This document shows positions 58,360 to 64,000 of a stretch of DNA of 64,000 bases, piece after piece. The DNA is taken from NCBI RefSeq assembly GCF_022539665.2, contig NC_081332.1, forward strand, positions 5,332,001-5,396,000, written 5' to 3'. The position numbers and the translations under genes were made by a program. Positions within the stretch are counted from its first letter, which is position 1. Each line of letters starts with the position of its first letter. Under the pieces are notes generated by a model. It had not been told where the DNA came from. It made no database searches and saw only the letters and a program-made list of their open reading frames with translations. Source of the stretch: Daphnia carinata (taxonomy: Eukaryota).

Positions 58360-58771
58360 TCAGTAAGAGGGATATTTAGGTTGGGAATAGGGTTGATATA
58401 CAGGATACGCAGGTTCGTACTCAGGTTTGTACGCAGGCTGAGAGTACGACGGTTTGTATGCTGGGCCCTGGTAGGCATACGTTGGCTCATGGTAAGCTGG
58501 TTTGTTGTATTCAGGATACGTAGGTTTGTAAGCCGGTACTGGGTAATTCGGCTTGTACGACGGGGTAGCGTGGTACTCCGGTTGATACGACGGCTTTGTT
58601 TGGTACTCCGGTTTGTATTCTGGATAAGGGGTGTATGTTGGTTGGTAATACGGTGCTTGACAGGAAACAACGGACAGGATAGCAGCAATGATAAAGATCT
58701 AAAAATAAAATTTTATATTAGTTTGTAACAATCTATGACAAACAATCAGTAAAGTAGAAACAGACCTTCAT
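58360..58771 (-). CDS. Secreted Tyr/Pro-rich repeat protein, copy 1 (114 aa; cuticle/matrix-like)
   Basis: Exon 1 is ATG AAG (58771-58766). Exon 2, 58698-58360, reads IFIIAAILSVVSCQAPYYQPTY...YKPEY...PKYPSY*. The ORF track missed this frame. TATAAAA and TCAGTT lie upstream. Confidence 0.88.
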
Positions 58772-59966
58772 GTTGGTTGAGATGATGCTGTTGTTTTTGC
58801 TGATTACAACTGATGCTTTTTACAGAAAACATCACGGTGTTTTATACCGATTCAGGCTGAATGGTCCTTCTCATACTGACATTTTTGTGTTAGACTTGCG
58901 TGTGAAAAAACAAAAAGAAAACACTGTGGTTTTTACCTCACGTTCGGCGGGTCTATCAGGGAAAACATGAGAACTGTTTTACTTTTCACTTGTGAAAAAG
59001 TAATCACCGCCGAATCGATTTCTCCTTGAGGTGTTCCGCCATATATGCAAACTGTTGAAAAAAAAGCATTTCTTTGCCTAACAGTAGTTTCTATTATTTC
59101 TAGTCATCAATCCTCATTACGCTCGGATGCCCTACATCCTTTACCGTTTCAAATGAACTGCTCCATATCAGTATAATGATTATCTGTTTTTTTGTATAAT
59201 TTTCGATCACCTTTTAAGAGCTTTTATCCTTTTATAGGCCTAATGGAATACAACCTGATACAAAATGGCGGCGTAGTACGACTGGCTACGTTTATCCCAC
59301 GATTTGTATTGCAGGGCGAAGATGGACAATTTGATTTCAAATGGTGTCGTTTTATGTGACAACCAGTGCCCAGAAAATAACTTGATTACTTATGCAGAAA
59401 GAAGGCAAGGTATTCACGAGTACTGAAAATCATAGTTCCCACAGATTCTTCTGGCTAATCTCCGTTAATTTCGAGGAACATAACTAACAGCAGAAGGTAT
59501 GAGCGTCTTGATATTTGCCAGATTCAACATGTTTCAAAACAAAACAAAAAAAATAATAATCAGTGATTAACGGTTTTTTCTATAATTAAAAAAAAACTTA
59601 TTTCCAGCAACAATAACAACAAATTTAATGCACAATTTCTATGTTGTTGGAAATGGCGATTTTGCAAGAATTATTGAAGGTAAAAAGTAAAAATATCTTT
59701 ACTGCCTTTTTGAATTTTTAAACCAACAACAACGGTAAAAGAATTGGAAACATTCACGACGAGAGCAATTATTGAACTAATCAAAATAATTTGTCAAATT
59801 GCACAGTTTGGTGTACGAAACGACAAAGGTTTTAGAAGTAAACAACCGCCAAAAACCCAAAAATTTCCTTGTGATAAACTCTGTATTTGTTAAAACATAA
59901 AGAGAAAAGTTTTCAAGATAAATTCAAATGACACACAATTTGAAACATGCTGATTCAACACTGCAC

Positions 59967-60568
59967 TCAATAATTGGGATACAAAGGATACTTTGCTGGA
60001 GCATAGGGTTGGTATTCAGGATAAGTAGGTTTGTATTCTGGTTCGTTGTAGGATGGGGCCTGGTAGGAATATGTTGGCTCTTGGTATGCTGGTTTGTTGT
60101 ATTCAGAGTAAGCAGGTTTCTGTTCGGAGTAGGTAGGTTTGTAAGCTGGTTCTTTATAGTTTGGTTTGTATGCTGGAACTGAGTATTCAGGTTTGTAGGC
60201 AGGAGCTGAGTATTCGGGTTTGTAAGCAGGACCTGAATATTCAGGTTTGTAAGTAGGAGCTGAATACTCAGGTTTGTAAGCAGGAGCTGCATATTCAGAC
60301 TTATAAACAGAGGCCTGGTATTCCGGCTTGTAGGAGGGAGCTGGGTAATCCGGTTTATAATCAGGTGCTGAGTACTCAGGTTTATAGGCAGGAGCTTGAT
60401 GCGCCGGTTTGTATTGCGGATAAGGTAAGTAGCTTGGTTGATGGTAAGGTGACTGGCAAGCGACCATGGCCATCAAAGCAGCGACAATAAAGATCTAGAA
60501 AAATGATTCACTCAGGTTAGATTACCAGCAGTAAATGATAAGCAATAAATAAAAAAACAGACCTGCAT
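59967..60568 (-). CDS. Secreted Tyr/Pro-rich repeat protein, copy 2 (177 aa; YKPEYSAPA repeats)
   Basis: Exon 1 is ATG CAG (60568-60563). Exon 2 is 60494-59967, with a signal peptide and 9-aa (27-nt) repeats. TATAAAA at 60641 and TCAGTT at 60608. Confidence 0.9.
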
Positions 60569-61335
60569 TTTGCTCAGATGATGTTGTTGGACAGCTGAAT
60601 GTAACTGATACCTTTTCGCTATCCAACAGGGTGTTTTTATACCCAGCAAAAGCCACAAAACATGGTTTTTATTTCGGTTTCGCAAAACCACTATCGCCAA
60701 AATATAGTAACATGTTTTCTCCTTTATTTTTCGCCAAAGTCATCTACACAGTAGATTTTTTTTTTCTTGAGGTGTGCGGCCGACTACCTAGTGTTCTTGT
60801 TGGAGACATTCGTTAGTTGCAGATTTACCGTACGAAAACCAAGCCTGGTTTTCGCAAAATGCGCTACAATATGATCTGATAATTTTCATTTCCTGGCGCG
60901 CCAGTACATGACGTGTCTTTCGAGTTTCGTTTTGGCAATCGCCACTATGAATGAAATCGGGTTTGAAACCGGGTAATGGAACCAGATTGATATTTGAATG
61001 CCGAATTAAAACCAGGGCAGGTGGTGTGCACATAAATAAATGAACTACTACCCGCCGATGCTATGTAAAAAAAAAAAAAAAAGAAGACCTACCGAAACAC
61101 ATAAAATATTTACTCACTCGACATGGGTCCGAGTCTAGCGACCTGGGCCAACCATTTCTTCCACAAAAGAAATCCATTTGGCAACCTGGCCGTATTCGTA
61201 GATATTCTCTTTCCCTTACTGTCAGCTGCTGTCAGAAATGAAAACAAGAAAAAACAGTACTGATCGTGGCCGCTAAAGGGTTTTTGAACTATCATATACT
61301 GAAGACTTTGTTTTATTTCGTAAATTTTTAAGGAA

Positions 61336-63799
61336 ATGTATATTCTGTTACATGAACAAACAACCGATTCAATTCCTATTTGCCGGCTGTGCGGTACACA
61401 GTGCATGGATATTTCCTACCTTGACATATTTGGAGATGCTGGGCAATTTATGGCTTTCGCTATCCAAAAGTATCTTGAAATTGAGGTCTCTGAAAAGGAG
61501 GCATTCTCTAAAACTGTTTGCCATAATTGTAGTGGGAGGGTTGAAGAGTGGAATGTTTTTTACAACAAGTGTCACGAGGTACAGTCCCTGTTCAAAATCC
61601 CACCTCTAACATTAGAGGAATCCACAAGTGTTCAAACAGGAGAAACACAAGCTATTTTTCAAAGTGAAAGTGTATCAAATCATCTTACAAAGTTGGTGGA
61701 AGAATTGGTGCAAGGTGGCCCTATGGGATCGGAAAAAATTTCGTCTGAGGCTGTTCTCGTAGAGGCAATGGATGCTACGGGAATAAAGGCAGAAGATGGT
61801 GCAGAATTAAATCAAGATGATGACGCAGATTCAACAGAAGCAGATGAAGATCCAGTATCTGATACAGAAGATGAGTTTGAAGAAGACTTGAATTCTGAAA
61901 GTGATGAACAGTCTGGTGATTCAGAAGCCAAACAAACACAAAAATCAAGACATAAGAAATTTGTGTTTGATATTCCATTCCTTGAAACAAAACTGGGAAG
62001 AAATTTTACTCCTGTAGAAAAAATTAAGCTCCAGAAGCACATAAACAAAAGACAGAACACCTTAATATGTATATGATAAATTATAATCACATTGGAAATG
62101 GTAACTCAATATTTCAATCTTTGTTGTATGATAGACGAAATGCTGATTGGTGGTGGACCTGGGCAGTTATGGGAATGCCAAGTTTGCCAAAAATCTATCA
62201 AAGGACGGGCCTGTGAAGTGACAAAACATTACCTTGAGACCCATCAGGTACAGCCTATCTTCCCATGTCATGCGTGCGAATACACCAGTAGGACGGAGAA
62301 GATGTACCAGGCACATCGCATGAGCCACCTTGTCGAATACCCGTGTGAGCACTGTGGCAAAATTTTCAGCCAGCACTCTAGACTCGTCTATCACATGAAT
62401 TCACATACCAACGAACGTGAGTTTGAGTGCGACATTTGTCAGAAAAAATTCAATACTGCTCAATACGTTAACACCCACAAACGCAAAGTTCACGGGGATC
62501 AGGAGAAGGTATTCGACTGCATCCACAATATCATGCCTGATCACTAAAAGAAAAAAGGAACTATTATTTTAGCTACTGAAGTATACCTGCGAATTGTGCG
62601 GTATGCGTTTCAAGTACAAGAATCATCTGCAATACCACCAGAAGAGACATCCCACTGACGAGAATCCGTAAGGAATCACAAATCCTTTATCATCTGAATT
62701 TTTTAATCAACTATTTGTTTATTTATGTTACAGATTGCCTTACAGTTGCAAGTATTGTGAAGAGCACTTTATGACACGTGCCGAGCAACTGGCCCACAGC
62801 AATACGGTTCACGCCGGCGAAGGGGATTTCGTCTGCCATTTGTGCGGCAAGAAGATGAAGACGATACTTTCACTGGAGAACCACGTTAAACTTCATAGTG
62901 GCCTCAAAGAATTCAAATGCGACTTATGTGACTCAGCCTTCGCCACCAATCACAGCCTCAAGTGCCACAAAAAGATACACGAGCGAGGGCCGGACAACAG
63001 TTCACAGCACGTCTGCCCCGTTTGCCAGAAACCAATGAGCAACAAAAGCTCCCTGAACCAGCATTTGAAAACGCATCAGAGCACGAAACCACACCAGTGC
63101 CAACACTGTAGCGCCTCGTAATAATTCATTTTCTTTAGAAGTTCATGAAATCCTAAACTTTTCCTTCTTTTGTTGTTCAAGTTTCATTCACAAAAATCGA
63201 TTAGAAATTCACATGCGGAAGCATACGGGTGAGTTCCCTCACACTTGTGCGGATTGTGGCAAAAGATTTCGCAGTACGAGCAGCATGAACAGCCATCGCC
63301 AGTACGTCCACAGCGAGCGCAAATTTGCCTGCGAAATTTGTCAGAAGGCCTTCAAGACATCCAGAGATCTGAAGGTAATGCTTTTTATAATTAGCGCTTA
63401 AAACTTGACAGTCTTCATTCAATTGTGTTCGTCCCGAAAACACAACAGGTTCATTCGACACTGCACACCGGCGAGAAGCCCAATGTTTGCGGCATATGTA
63501 ACAAGGCATTTCGGGTGCGTGCCAATTACTTCAAACACCGGAAAATTCATATGCGGGCTGCCAATTCCAATCGAAATGAAGTTCAGACAGAGACAGCTGG
63601 TGAAGCTGCACCTGAAGAGCAGGAGCAAGAAGAAGAAGAGGACGAGGAAGATGAAAGAACAGTCCAAAGTGAAATGGAAAATGGGGCCGGCTTACCGATA
63701 GAAGAAACCGTGGTCCATCATAATCTTGTCCCGGCCGTGTCCGCTACAACGGCCGGGGATTTCTTCCAGTTCGCCAACGAACAACAATGGATCACTTAG
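61336..63799 (+). CDS. ZAD (zf-AD) domain protein with 13 C2H2 zinc fingers
   Basis: CRLC...IF...VCHNC...FYNKC ZAD and an acidic linker. Exons 61336-62068, 62135-62508, 62573-62667, 62734-63117, 63182-63374 and 63449-63799. Start codon uncertain. Confidence 0.9.
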
Positions 63800-64000
63800 T
63801 AGTTGCTCGTAGACGATCCGTCCATGTCCAAATCATCTCTCCGTTGTAAACAGATATATCAATAATCGAAACGCCCGGCCTTTGTTTAGATTGCCGTCCG
63901 ATAGATGGGACACCTCCAGCTATCGCTTTCTTCGTTTGAATTCCGTCTTCAATGTGTTCGCGTCGTGTTTCTTACCAAAAGTGTTTGCCTGGACGATGTG

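Noticed and set aside
58278..58728. ORF-track calls 58278-58688 (-) and 58381-58728 (+)
   Set aside because: Shadow frames of the YKP repeat gene, whose real frame needs the two-codon first exon.
59262..59500. AAAATGGCGGCG and exon-like pieces between the YKP genes
   Set aside because: The ATG is followed by a stop after three codons and the spliced pieces give only a tiny peptide. At most a YY1-like motif.

Overview
Eukaryotic, intron-containing DNA. Compact genes with ~60-70 nt introns and the protein content suggest a branchiopod crustacean such as Daphnia (inference). Bases 1-25 kb hold a dense, mostly minus-strand block: ATRIP, GPR107/108, an orphan coiled-coil gene, retroactive (rtv), St13/Hip with a complete sarcalumenin gene nested antisense in its 5.4 kb intron, FAM114A and KIAA0319-like. 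Bases ~27-52.6 kb are a homopolymer-rich gene desert upstream of hunchback (hb, CDS 52749-55695), which encodes a nine-zinc-finger protein. The hb domain has two candidate promoters with non-coding first exons, CTCF-like sites at both edges, motif clusters, a partial Nanos/Pumilio element in the 3' UTR and a candidate spliced convergent transcript just downstream. The window ends with two tandem secreted YKP-repeat genes and a ZAD plus 13-finger C2H2 gene. Exon boundaries were read by eye from GT/AG sites and frame continuity. Gene names come from recalled motifs, not database searches.
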